Positions 8,258 through 18,298 of a stretch of DNA of 64,000 nucleotides are shown one piece after another (the stretch's first letter is position 1; every line of letters starts with the position of its first letter). The notes under the pieces were generated by a model. The model was not told the origin of the DNA. It made no database searches and was given only the letters and a program-made list of their open reading frames with translations. The position numbers and the translations under genes were made by a program. This DNA is from a virus. The stretch spans positions 21,304-85,303 of IMG/VR virus record IMGVR_UViG_3300044613_003770, one strand, 5' to 3'.

Positions 8258-11200
8258 ATGGAATATAAGATACAAACCTTTATTTTTAATGAAAAAAATC
8301 AAACAGAAAAAACTTTAAAACTTGAAAAACAAATCAATGAAATTTTTCTTGTTTCTAATGAAGAACAAAAATTATTAAAACAGTTTGATTCTTTCAAAGA
8401 TAATATAAAAAAATATGAATTATTCGTAATTAATAGTGATTCAGAAAATAGATTTGATCATTGGATCAATATTGGCGAAGATACGCATTTTAATGACCGC
8501 TTTTTTAAAGCGGTTGATTTGTTTGATGGGGATGTGTTTTTTTATATTGATTGTGATTCAATTTGTAATGATTGGACAAATTTAATAAAAAATTTAGAAA
8601 AATTTCATAAACAAAATAATTGTGGTATCTATTCTCCGAATATAATACCAACACAATATCATTCTTCAAAAAATGATATAAAAGAATTTTTAATAAATTC
8701 AAATACTCAAATCGTATCAACAATAGATAAAAATTGTTGGTCTGCGGATAAAACAATAATAGATGAATTCGACAAATATTGCAGACCCTTTTTAAGGGAA
8801 AACAAACATGGAATATGTATAAATTTACTATTGTCATCAATATCTCATTTTAAAAATAAACCAGTTATAAGAGATTATAATTTTACAGTAAATTCTAATG
8901 TTGATTTAAATTCTAACACATCTATTTTGGGTACTCTTTATATTAATGAGTTAGATACAAGAATACAAAATATATTTTTAGCAACAACTAAAATAAAGGA
9001 AGTGTCATTTGATTTTAAACAAAATTTTCTAGATGAAATAGGTATGTATCAGTTTGATAAAACTCAAATAAATACACCAGTTTATTGCATTAATCTTAAA
9101 AGGGCAAAAGAACGTAAAAAATATATTACCGAAGAATGGATTATTAAAAGAAATGTTCCAGTGACTTTTTTTGAAGGCATAGATTGTGAAGATATTGATG
9201 AATCAAACTATGATCAAATACCAGAACCTTTTAGACAGAATTTAATTAATGCTAATGCAAATAAATATCAACGTTCAAATTTAGGTTTTGACCACGATGA
9301 ATTAAAAATGGGTGAAATTTGTTGTTCGATATCTCACTGTTTGCTTCTAAAAGAATTAATAAATCTTGGTGTTGATGAAGCAATAATAATAGAAGATGAT
9401 GCAGAACCTTTATTCGAAAATATAACTGATTTATATAGAAGAATAAATAAATTCAAAATCGATATGAATGGTATTAATGTAATGCTGCTTCATGAACCAA
9501 GAAAATCTGATTTTTCAATAAATGAAGATAGACAAGATTTCTGTATTCCAAATGATCTTATATATTGTACACAATGCATTTATTACACAAGACAGGGTAT
9601 GATAGATTGCTATGAACACGCATCTAAATTAATTTTACCAATGGATTGGACTTGGGTTTTTGGATTTATTGAAAACAAACAGATAGGTTTAATAAAAAAT
9701 CCAATCACTGAACACAACATAATGACAACATATGTTAATTCAGATAATCAGTATAGATTATATATTCATAAAAATAAATGTATAATAGATGAAAGATTTA
9801 AAAAATTTAGAAAAAAGTATGATAAAAAAAAGCATCCTTTTTATAATGAAGGATTATTTTTAGAAGAATATTTCTATAATTTCTATCAAAAAAATAAAAA
9901 TAAATTTGACGAGATTGGCTATACTTATTTACCTATTTTTTGGACTGACACTTATTTATTAAATTCAGATAACAATCAAAAGATATATAAATTAGATGAA
10001 TCTTTAAGAAATTTTAGAAAAATAAATCCATCAGAGAAATATTTTGTTGTTTGTCAACACGATGATGCCCCAAGAGAATCATTACCAAGTAATACTGTTT
10101 TATTTTGTGCAGGAGGTAATATAAAAAATTCGATACCAATACCATTAATATCTGAAGCAAAAATAGAAAATGAAATCACATATGAAAAAGACATTTTTTG
10201 TAGTTTTGTTGGGTCGATTACACACCCATGTAGAGATAAAATATATGAAATATTTTCAGAAAGAGGTGATTATAGAATAATTACTAAAAAATGGTCCAAA
10301 GAAATAAGCGATAAAGAAAAAAATTTATTTATAAATATTACTAAAAGAAGTAAATATACATTATGTCCACGTGGTTATGGACCTACTAGTTGGAGATTGT
10401 ATGAAGCAATGCAGCTTGGATCAGTTCCTGTATACATATACGATGAACCGCATTTACCTTATAAAGATCAAATAGATTGGGAAAAGATATGCGTTATGAT
10501 TCACATAAATGATATACAAAATATAGATAAAATTTTAAAATCTATACCAGATCATGTATATAATGAAATGATAACAAATATACAAAAGATATATCCACTC
10601 TATTTTAATTTAGAATACATGTGTCAGTATATTTTAAATAATTTAACATCAAACAATACCTTAAACAACATTCAGATTAATGATTTTATAGATCCTCAAA
10701 CAGATCCTCAAATAGATGCTTTTATTTTTAATTGGAAAGGTCAATTACAAAAAACATTAAAAACAGAATCAGAACTATGTAAGATATTTGATAAAGTTAC
10801 TGTAATAAATAGTGATGATGGTAATAAATTTGATCATTGGATCAATATTGGTGAGGATGCATATTTCAGTGCGCAATTTTTAAAAGCATTAGAATTATTC
10901 GATGGAGATATACTTTTTCATGTACAAGGGGATGTTACATATGATAACTGGTCGTCAATCATAGAAGATGCTAAATTATATTATAAAAAATATAAATATG
11001 GTATTTATTCGCCCAATGTTGATTACACTCATTGGGATTCTACAAGAGTTGATATTGATTCATTTGGAGAAATGGATAATGAAAAATTGAAATTAGTTTC
11101 AATGACAGATTGTAGTTGTTGGTTTATTAATAAAGAAATCATAAATGAATACAAAATAAAATATTCGGATAGTTTCAAAAAAAATAAATATGGTTTTGGA

Positions 11201-12334
11201 GCTGATTTAATTAATTGTGCAATTTCTTTTAAAAAGAATATGCCAGTTCTTAGAGATTATAAATATACAGTAGATCATCCAGAATCAACCAATTATTCTT
11301 CTAAAGATGCAAGAATAATGCTAGAAGAATACATCGAAACTATTAAAGATGAAGAATTAAAATTTTTAATTAAAAAAATTAGAAATTGTGAAATTTATGA
11401 ACTCAAGGGTTATTTAAATTCGAATATAAAGTATAGTGAAATCATTAATAGCCATGTCGGAGATCATTACAATGGGTGGGCCTATATTATTAATAAATTA
11501 AAATCTAACATAAATCTAGACGACGATGGAATAATTTTAGATGGATTTGCCGACAATTGTTTATGGGAAAAAGAAAAAAAAACAATACAAAAACCTTGGA
11601 TCGGAATAGTCCACGCTTGCGAAATAAGTCCCACTGATAAAAATCAAACATGCATAGATGCATTTATTAATAATAATTGGTTCATACAAAGCTCACCATT
11701 TTGTATCGCTTTGATTACATTATCGAGTCATCACGCAAAAATTTTACAAAAAAAAGTAAATGTGCCAGTATTTAATACTACTCATCCAAAAGAAACTAGT
11801 CAAACATTTGATATTGATTCATATTTTGAAAACCCATCGATAATGCATAGTGGATTTTTTAATAGAAATTATTCAAATCTTGCTAGATTTAAAACATCGA
11901 TTCAAAAAAATATAAATATTAATAAAATTTGGTATATTGAATCAATGAATGATTGTTTTAAATTAAATGATGTTGATGGTAATGATATAAATTCATTATG
12001 TATTAATAATGTTTTTTTAAATGATGAAGATTATATTAAAAATTTATGTAAAAACATTGGATTTTGTTATTTTTATGATGCTGCAGCAAATAATTCAGTT
12101 TTAGAGCACATCATGAGTAATACTCCAATTATTGCTAATAAAATACCTTCTACAATAGAATATCTTGGCGAAGAGTATCCTATGTTTTATGAAAATATAA
12201 AAGATAATCCAGATAAATATTTACTTGATAGAAAATATATTCAAAAAGTATCTGATTATTTAAAAAATAGGTCAAATAATGATATATTTAAAATAAATCA
12301 TTTTATAAATTTCATGAGAACATTAAAAATTTAA
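8258..12334 (+). CDS. multi-domain glycosyltransferase (duplicated GT-A-like domain + GT25 + exostosin/GT47 + C-terminal GT-B-like)
   Basis: GT25: VYCINLKRAKERK, GEICCSISH, IIEDDA; GT47: FCSFVGS, SKYTLCPRGYGPTSWRLYEAMQLGSVPV; VINSD..N.FDHWINIGED domain occurs twice; C-terminal AANNSVLEHIMSNTPI. Confidence 0.85.
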   Translation: MEYKIQTFIFNEKNQTEKTLKLEKQINEIFLVSNEEQKLLKQFDSFKDNIKKYELFVINSDSENRFDHWINIGEDTHFNDRFFKAVDLFDGDVFFYIDCDSICNDWTNLIKNLEKFHKQNNCGIYSPNIIPTQYHSSKNDIKEFLINSNTQIVSTIDKNCWSADKTIIDEFDKYCRPFLRENKHGICINLLLSSISHFKNKPVIRDYNFTVNSNVDLNSNTSILGTLYINELDTRIQNIFLATTKIKEVSFDFKQNFLDEIGMYQFDKTQINTPVYCINLKRAKERKKYITEEWIIKRNVPVTFFEGIDCEDIDESNYDQIPEPFRQNLINANANKYQRSNLGFDHDELKMGEICCSISHCLLLKELINLGVDEAIIIEDDAEPLFENITDLYRRINKFKIDMNGINVMLLHEPRKSDFSINEDRQDFCIPNDLIYCTQCIYYTRQGMIDCYEHASKLILPMDWTWVFGFIENKQIGLIKNPITEHNIMTTYVNSDNQYRLYIHKNKCIIDERFKKFRKKYDKKKHPFYNEGLFLEEYFYNFYQKNKNKFDEIGYTYLPIFWTDTYLLNSDNNQKIYKLDESLRNFRKINPSEKYFVVCQHDDAPRESLPSNTVLFCAGGNIKNSIPIPLISEAKIENEITYEKDIFCSFVGSITHPCRDKIYEIFSERGDYRIITKKWSKEISDKEKNLFINITKRSKYTLCPRGYGPTSWRLYEAMQLGSVPVYIYDEPHLPYKDQIDWEKICVMIHINDIQNIDKILKSIPDHVYNEMITNIQKIYPLYFNLEYMCQYILNNLTSNNTLNNIQINDFIDPQTDPQIDAFIFNWKGQLQKTLKTESELCKIFDKVTVINSDDGNKFDHWINIGEDAYFSAQFLKALELFDGDILFHVQGDVTYDNWSSIIEDAKLYYKKYKYGIYSPNVDYTHWDSTRVDIDSFGEMDNEKLKLVSMTDCSCWFINKEIINEYKIKYSDSFKKNKYGFGADLINCAISFKKNMPVLRDYKYTVDHPESTNYSSKDARIMLEEYIETIKDEELKFLIKKIRNCEIYELKGYLNSNIKYSEIINSHVGDHYNGWAYIINKLKSNINLDDDGIILDGFADNCLWEKEKKTIQKPWIGIVHACEISPTDKNQTCIDAFINNNWFIQSSPFCIALITLSSHHAKILQKKVNVPVFNTTHPKETSQTFDIDSYFENPSIMHSGFFNRNYSNLARFKTSIQKNININKIWYIESMNDCFKLNDVDGNDINSLCINNVFLNDEDYIKNLCKNIGFCYFYDAAANNSVLEHIMSNTPIIANKIPSTIEYLGEEYPMFYENIKDNPDKYLLDRKYIQKVSDYLKNRSNNDIFKINHFINFMRTLKI

Positions 12335-12339
12335 TAATT

Positions 12340-13005
12340 ATGACTATTTATGTTGCTTATTCAAAATCGCATGAAGTATTTAAACCATGGTTTGAATCAA
12401 TATATAAAATTTATCCAGAGATAAATATCAAATATTTTATTTTAGATCAAAAATGTCAAACTGGTGAATTTAGAGAGCGAGGATGGGGCGAAGCGACTCG
12501 CCAAAAATTAAAAAAAATGTTAGAAGCATTTAATGACCCACTGAATAAAGATGAATATTTTATATTTAGTGATATAGATATACAATTTTTTAATAAATTC
12601 GATGAAATAATTGAAAATTTATTGCAGGATAATGATTTTTTATTTCAAAACGATCATGCTGCAGGTTTATGCACAGGATTTTTTGTGGCTAAAAAAAATA
12701 GAAAAGTAAAAAAAATCCTTAAAAATGCGATTAAATATTTTGAATTAGGAGATCAACCTTCAATACAAGAAGCTTTGCGTAGAAATCCAAAAGTTAAATA
12801 TAAATTATTACCAGATGAATTTTTTACTATAGGGTTATATTGCGGGAAAACACCTTGGAAATCAGAACAAGAAAGAAAAATTTTTAATTTTAAAATACCA
12901 GATAACATTATCATGCATCATGCAAATTGGACTAATGGAATTAAAAATAAATTAAGATTATTAAGTTTAATTAAATATTCATACGAAAAAATAAATCATG
13001 AATAA
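12340..13005 (+). CDS. nucleotide-diphospho-sugar transferase (GT77-like)
   Basis: FSDIDIQFF DxD motif, FQND, LCTGFF, DQ, HHANW...K. Confidence 0.8.
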   Translation: MTIYVAYSKSHEVFKPWFESIYKIYPEINIKYFILDQKCQTGEFRERGWGEATRQKLKKMLEAFNDPLNKDEYFIFSDIDIQFFNKFDEIIENLLQDNDFLFQNDHAAGLCTGFFVAKKNRKVKKILKNAIKYFELGDQPSIQEALRRNPKVKYKLLPDEFFTIGLYCGKTPWKSEQERKIFNFKIPDNIIMHHANWTNGIKNKLRLLSLIKYSYEKINHE

Positions 13006-13045
13006 ATATGAAAATTTTATTTATGGTTTATAATGAAAAAATATC

Positions 13046-13079
13046 TTGACATTGGGTAAATTTATGGTAATTTCGTCTC
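13046..13079 (+). promoter_or_regulatory. sigma70-type leaderless promoter
   Basis: TTGACA-N16-TAATTT-N6-ATG(13080). Confidence 0.7.
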
Positions 13080-13247
13080 ATGAAAGAGAAAGACGAACTT
13101 TTAAAACTTATACAAATTTGGACTGGTCGAGAAGAAGCTTCGGCAAAAGTTTTTCTTGGATTTATTAGTTTTATTTGTGTTTTATTGGTTGTTTCTGGTT
13201 TTTTTATAATTTGCGAGGTTGCTGAATTTATTTTTAATCTTTTTTAA
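13080..13247 (+). CDS. small membrane protein (55 aa)
   Basis: manual ORF with a long hydrophobic C-terminal half, directly after the promoter. Confidence 0.6.
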   Translation: MKEKDELLKLIQIWTGREEASAKVFLGFISFICVLLVVSGFFIICEVAEFIFNLF

Positions 13248-13248
13248 T

Positions 13249-13515
13249 ATGAAAGAGTTCCCCAATGGATTTGCTTCGTGGCAAGAGACTCATTATGAAG
13301 TCGTTGCCGCTATTACTAACGAAATTGCTGACGATCTTAATAGCGAATTTCGTGAAGATTTAGTTCATAAAACCTTGAGAGAGAATGGCCATGGTGGTCT
13401 TTACGAACTTGCTGAAGAACTCACCGATGAATTTGAATTACTCAATAAAGATCGTGAGTGGGATGGTGAATTTTTTGACGAGATAGAAAGATTTTTGGAT
13501 GAAAAGTTCAAATGA
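13249..13515 (+). CDS. acidic hypothetical protein
   Basis: ORF, start MKEFPNGF. Confidence 0.7.
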   Translation: MKEFPNGFASWQETHYEVVAAITNEIADDLNSEFREDLVHKTLRENGHGGLYELAEELTDEFELLNKDREWDGEFFDEIERFLDEKFK

Positions 13516-13648
13516 AGATTTAATTAATGCTTTAAAAGAAGCTGCAGATAGAATTAAAGAACTTGAAAAAGAAAAACAAGAACTATACTGCAAGGTTCGT
13601 GAGCTTGAAATGTCTTTAGATGATTTAAGAGCGGCAATTATTAGATGA
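13499..13648 (+). CDS. small coiled-coil protein (49 aa)
   Basis: manual ORF with EAADRIKELE; fills the gap. Confidence 0.5.
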   Translation: MKSSNEDLINALKEAADRIKELEKEKQELYCKVRELEMSLDDLRAAIIR

Positions 13649-13649
13649 T

Positions 13650-13859
13650 ATGAAAATGAAACCTAATAAATTTGTTTGTATTATTAGTTCACCATTTGAA
13701 CATACTATAAAGACCGCTGATAGTTTTGCAAGTTTTCCTAAATGGGTCAAAGACTACATTAAAAAACAACATAATAAAGGAGAATGGATTCTATTTAAGG
13801 CGGGTGATGATGGTAAAATTCATCGTTGCTATTCAAATGGAAGAAAAATATTGACTTAG
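13650..13859 (+). CDS. hypothetical protein
   Basis: ORF; stop overlaps the next promoter. Confidence 0.55.
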   Translation: MKMKPNKFVCIISSPFEHTIKTADSFASFPKWVKDYIKKQHNKGEWILFKAGDDGKIHRCYSNGRKILT

Positions 13860-13884
13860 AACCTAATATAGCTAAGATTAACTC
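13851..13884 (+). promoter_or_regulatory. sigma70-type leaderless promoter
   Basis: TTGACT-N16-TAAGAT-N6-ATG(13885). Confidence 0.7.
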
Positions 13885-14163
13885 ATGAAGTTGCTCACCG
13901 AATATAGTAAACACAAATATGACTTCACAATCAAACACAGAGAAGGAGACATTGCAATCGCATATGGAAAACATCGAATCCATGAGCATGACAATTGGGA
14001 AGTTATCCGCATCCGCAGTCACAATGGACTCCAGATGGGAGACAACTTCGTTCCTCCCGCCGAATTTGGACCTTCAGATCGGGAATGGGGTGTGCATGGA
14101 TTCACAGCACTAAATGAAGCACACGCTTTCGACATTTTTAATAAATTAAAATCCAACCAATAA
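13885..14163 (+). CDS. hypothetical protein
   Basis: ORF after a promoter. Confidence 0.7.
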   Translation: MKLLTEYSKHKYDFTIKHREGDIAIAYGKHRIHEHDNWEVIRIRSHNGLQMGDNFVPPAEFGPSDREWGVHGFTALNEAHAFDIFNKLKSNQ

Positions 14164-14167
14164 TATT

Positions 14168-14644
14168 ATGGGCCTCGACATGTACTTGTTCAAAACAAAG
14201 AAAACTAATCATTCGGTTAAAGAGTTGAATGCTCTTGATAGATATGACCTCAGTCCAGATGACGAGGATATTAAAGAGTTTTTGCCGCTTTATGAGTCTA
14301 AATATGAGGATGGTCGTTATTCTATTTTTAAAGAAATCTCATATTGGCGCAAATTTAATGCTCTTCATAGTTGGTTTGTGACTAATGTTCAAATCGGGGT
14401 AGATGATTGTGGCTCATATGAAGTGTCGCAAGATCATATTGATGATTTACTTTTAACCCTTGAAAATACTTTGGCGTATAGAGACCCAACTGATATGATG
14501 CCTGTTAGCGGATTCTTTTTTGGTAGTACAATAGTTGATGAGTATTATTGGCAAAATATGGAAGATACCTACGATAAGATTTATAATATCTCAACAACCT
14601 TTGATTGGGAGAAAGAGAGATTGTTTTATATGTCTAGTTGGTAG
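14168..14644 (+). CDS. conserved phage protein (MGLDMY...YWRKxNxxHxWF family)
   Basis: MGLDMYL, YWRKFNALHSWF, GFFFG, YxSSW. Confidence 0.8.
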   Translation: MGLDMYLFKTKKTNHSVKELNALDRYDLSPDDEDIKEFLPLYESKYEDGRYSIFKEISYWRKFNALHSWFVTNVQIGVDDCGSYEVSQDHIDDLLLTLENTLAYRDPTDMMPVSGFFFGSTIVDEYYWQNMEDTYDKIYNISTTFDWEKERLFYMSSW

Positions 14645-14719
14645 TTTTTATAAAAAATACATACTTATTTAATATAATATTGTAAGCTTTTGGGTCATCA
14701 ATTAGCTATGTAAATAAAA

Positions 14720-15379
14720 ATGGAACAGTTTTTACCATATTTGTTGGGTGGTGGGGGATGGGTAAATCATTTAATTTTTTATCGTATACCTAAAAATGCA
14801 AGCACTTCAATTTTTAATCATTTAGAGGCTTGGAATTTGCTTAAAAAATATGAAAAACTATTTCAACAGAATGCTGATAAAAGATTATATAGAAATTGGT
14901 TTGATGCCACACATGCTAAACCAGACGAGGCTTATAGAGTATTTAAAAGAGATTTAGAAAACTATTTTTCTTTCTGCGTAGTAAGGAATCCTTGGGATAG
15001 AGCAGTTTCTATATACCATTTTGCCGAAAAAGAAAAACTATATAAACTATATGGATTTAGTAAGGGTATTGAATTCACGGAATACTGCAAAATACTCCTA
15101 GAATACAAGGATGATCCATATTTTATAGCCACAAATAAACAGGTGGACTGGTTAAAAGGGTATTGCCCCCCAAAAGAAATACTCAGATTCGAAAATTTGA
15201 ATGAAGATTTCTCAAATATGCTCAAAAACTACAATATTACCCACATTAGCGACAAATTACCTCACCTCAATAGTACAAAGCATTCAAATTATAGGGATTA
15301 TTATGACTCAGAAACTAAAAAGATAATTGCTAATGTTTTTGAGGAGGATATAGATACATTAAAATATACTTTTGATTAA
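14720..15379 (+). CDS. sulfotransferase family 2 (carbohydrate sulfotransferase-like)
   Basis: 5'-PAPS loop RIPKNASTSI, 3'-PAPS motif FCVVRNPWDRAVS, RFENLNEDF, EDIxxLxY. Confidence 0.85.
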   Translation: MEQFLPYLLGGGGWVNHLIFYRIPKNASTSIFNHLEAWNLLKKYEKLFQQNADKRLYRNWFDATHAKPDEAYRVFKRDLENYFSFCVVRNPWDRAVSIYHFAEKEKLYKLYGFSKGIEFTEYCKILLEYKDDPYFIATNKQVDWLKGYCPPKEILRFENLNEDFSNMLKNYNITHISDKLPHLNSTKHSNYRDYYDSETKKIIANVFEEDIDTLKYTFD

Positions 15380-15681
15380 GATTTTGGAGCAAGTAGATGT
15401 TTATTCTGCAACACCCAAGGGATTACTAAACTTTCCACACATCTAACATAAGCTTCTTCATCATTGTTTTCCATATAAGCAATACCAGTTAATCTGAATA
15501 TCATATGGGTGATCTCATGAACTAATGTTTGAAAAAAGAATTCGGGGCTTTTAGTCGTTGCTTCTGTTCTAATTTTAATGGTTAAAAAATCAGAATCGCA
15601 TTCTCCCCACGCTTCAAGATCATCCTCATAAATTATTTGTACTTTTCTTCCAATAATATCTAAGGATTTTGGTAGGTTCAT
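15376..15681 (-). CDS. small HExxH metallopeptidase-like protein
   Basis: TLVHEITH motif; GTGTAA 8 nt upstream. Confidence 0.7.
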   Translation of the reverse strand: MNLPKSLDIIGRKVQIIYEDDLEAWGECDSDFLTIKIRTEATTKSPEFFFQTLVHEITHMIFRLTGIAYMENNDEEAYVRCVESLVIPWVLQNKHLLAPKS

Positions 15682-16157
15682 ACAATATATTACACCCTAA
15701 AATATAATTACAAATGGATTTAAGGAAAAATAATTTGTTTTGATATATAAATTGTCAATTAGGATATATAAAATAAGGAGAATGCCATGCCAATACAATA
15801 ATATTGTAAACTATAATTAAAATGGTAGAAAAACACCCCAAAATACACCCAAATACATTGGTTTTTTAGTGGATATTTTTACCCATTTTACTGATGGTTT
15901 CAACGCCCCTCCGAGACCAACCAAAATACCCTACAACCTAGATAAACACTAGGAAAATAGACCAACACATACCACCCACATATATAAGATAATACATAGA
16001 GTATAATAAGAGAAATAACAGAAACAAAACAATAGAAAAAACAAAATGATAAATAATGGGATGTGGATTCCCGTATTTAAAAATCTTTTTAATTCAAAAA
16101 TGTCAAATTTTTCAAAAAAACCCTTGTTTTATAGAGTATTTCTGTTATAGTACTATC

Positions 16158-16394
16158 ATGAAGTTTGCGTTATTTAGCTTGTCTGTGTGGGTATTTGCGC
16201 TGATCGCATCCCCAATCGTTGCCCTGTTCATGGCTTTAGTTACATTTTTTTCTTCTTTTTTTGGGTTCTTTAGGGGCATATCTGTAGGTCTAGATAGAAT
16301 AAAATCAAAAGAAACTGAGCCAAATAAAGCAGATGTAGTTGACATATGGGATAAGCATATCAATAGAATGAAAAACAAACAAAATAACAACTAA
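16158..16394 (+). CDS. membrane protein
   Basis: hydrophobic N-terminal half; TTGTTT-N16-TATAGT-N6-ATG. Confidence 0.65.
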   Translation: MKFALFSLSVWVFALIASPIVALFMALVTFFSSFFGFFRGISVGLDRIKSKETEPNKADVVDIWDKHINRMKNKQNNN

Positions 16395-16758
16395 TTTAAA
16401 AACGAAAAATAGCCCAATATAAAAGAGGGCTTGCGAAATAATGCTTTTTATTATGTCTTGCTTTTAGTTTAGTTTTTAGTTTGGTGCTCTTAGCGCGATC
16501 TCTATGATCCGTTTACTCAGGGTTTCCACCTGTTCTTTGAGCCTAACTGTGAACTGCTAATTGCTTAATAACAAATAAACATTAGTATGTAGTTTGGTTT
16601 TTATTATTCTGAAAACCTAATCAGTAACAATATATATTACACAAACTGCGAACGATTTTCCACTAAATAAATAAAAAAAATATGTAGCCAAACGGCAACA
16701 ATTATTAATTGTGGTCGAACTGCGACATTTTTAACTGCAAATAAATAAATCCTAAATA

Positions 16759-16944
16759 ATGAAAGATCTTTATTCAAATAAACAACGTATGATTTTGGTG
16801 CTTTTATATCTAGTATCATTCTTTTTATTCTGCGTTTCCGTGGATTGCATATCAGCACCAGAGGACATTCCACTGTCCCAAAAACTTATTTGTTTTTATT
16901 CGGTATGGTTGATTGGGCGTTTGAGTAATTTTAAATTATTTTAA
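16759..16944 (+). CDS. putative small membrane protein
   Basis: two hydrophobic stretches. Confidence 0.4.
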   Translation: MKDLYSNKQRMILVLLYLVSFFLFCVSVDCISAPEDIPLSQKLICFYSVWLIGRLSNFKLF

Positions 16945-17021
16945 ATACTTTTCGGATACTCTCATTTAATCTCACGGTTTTATTTGTTTTTTCAGCACCG
17001 ATTTTTTTTGATAAAAAAGTG

Positions 17022-17055
17022 TTGACTCGTGTTCTGATTGTTGTATACTACCCCC
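17022..17055 (+). promoter_or_regulatory. sigma70-type leaderless promoter
   Basis: TTGACT-N16-TATACT-N6-ATG(17056), A/T tracts upstream. Confidence 0.75.
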
Positions 17056-17298
17056 ATGCAAACGCAAACAAAACAAAGAGGTCGTCCCAAAGGTAGCAAC
17101 TCATTCGTTAAGCTGAAGCTTAGTGATTTGATTTCTATCGTTGGGGCCGATGGTGTCGTGCCTGTATCTAAAGTATTCTTGCGCGAAAAAAATATTGACA
17201 TCGTGGAGAATGTCTCTAAAATCAGACTCGCCGCCGCAGAAGAACCTGTAGCACCAGAAGAGAAGATTGAATTCGCAATCACCTCGTTTGAAGACTAA
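17056..17298 (+). CDS. small protein with AT-hook-like RGRPKGS motif
   Basis: KQRGRPKGS N-terminus; co-transcribed with the RuvB-like gene. Confidence 0.7.
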   Translation: MQTQTKQRGRPKGSNSFVKLKLSDLISIVGADGVVPVSKVFLREKNIDIVENVSKIRLAAAEEPVAPEEKIEFAITSFED

Positions 17299-17318
17299 CC
17301 CCAACTAAACTAAACAAA

Positions 17319-18218
17319 ATGTTTGACTCCCTCATTGGTCAAGACCACATTAAAAAACAACTTCAGTTCTATGCCGAGTCCCACAAGGCAACTGGAGTCA
17401 GTCCATTCCTTATGTTCAATGGAGCAAAGGGTTTGGGTAAGACAGAATTCGCAAAGCAGTATGCCAAGCAACTGAAGAAACCATTGCTTGAGATTAACTG
17501 CTCTACGATTAAGAACAATGCCCAATTCTTTGAGCAGATCTTCATGCCTGTTATCATGGATAACGAATTGACGATTTTGTTTGATGAGGCTCACGCATTG
17601 CCCAAGGATCTTGTTATGGCATTCCTTACGGTATTCAATGTGGAGAGCGCAAAATCCAAACGCTTTGAATGGCGCGAGAATACATTTGAATTCAACTTCG
17701 AAAAGCAAACTTATATCTTTGCGACTACTGAGTTGGACAAACTATTCCCTCCGTTTAAGGATCGCCTTACTATCATTGACTTCAAACCATATGAAGCAAA
17801 TGAGTTGGGTAGTATCCTCAAGGGTCGTTTGGATTGGGTGAACTTCCAAGACAACATCGTAGATGACATTTCCAGGACTCTTCGTGGCAATGCTCGTAGT
17901 GCAGTTAAACGCGCAAAAGAAATTGAGATGTACTGCGAGAGCAGGAACACCAAGAACTTCGGCACAAAACAGTGGAAAGAATTGTGCGATCTAGTTGGTA
18001 TCAAGGCTTATGGTCTTACCAATACCGAGATTGAGATTCTTCATACTCTCAAGAGTCGCGGCGACTGCACATTGGGAATGTTGAGTGCGGCAACTGGTTT
18101 GTCAAGGACTGCTATTCAACGAGACGCAGAAACTTATTTGCTTCGTAAAGCCTTGATCAAAATCGAGGGTACAAGAAAGATCACGCCAGAGGGGACAAAA
18201 ATACTGGCGAGTGTATGA
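17319..18218 (+). CDS. ruvB: RuvB-like Holliday junction branch migration AAA+ ATPase
   Basis: FDxxIGQ N-terminus, Walker A GAKGLGKT, Walker B LFDEAH, ATT sensor, PFKDR arginine finger, RGNAR, C-terminal winged helix ExYL...GTRKIT. Confidence 0.8.
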   Translation: MFDSLIGQDHIKKQLQFYAESHKATGVSPFLMFNGAKGLGKTEFAKQYAKQLKKPLLEINCSTIKNNAQFFEQIFMPVIMDNELTILFDEAHALPKDLVMAFLTVFNVESAKSKRFEWRENTFEFNFEKQTYIFATTELDKLFPPFKDRLTIIDFKPYEANELGSILKGRLDWVNFQDNIVDDISRTLRGNARSAVKRAKEIEMYCESRNTKNFGTKQWKELCDLVGIKAYGLTNTEIEILHTLKSRGDCTLGMLSAATGLSRTAIQRDAETYLLRKALIKIEGTRKITPEGTKILASV

Positions 18219-18258
18219 GGGGGAAGGGGAGGGGAATTTTTTCCCCTCCCCAACTTTT
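18219..18258 (+). terminator. putative terminator hairpin
   Basis: GGGGAGGGGAA-TTTT-TTCCCCTCCCC directly after the ruvB stop. Confidence 0.55.
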
Positions 18259-18298
18259 CCTGTTGACAATCTCCACAAAACTGCTAACTTTCTCGCAC

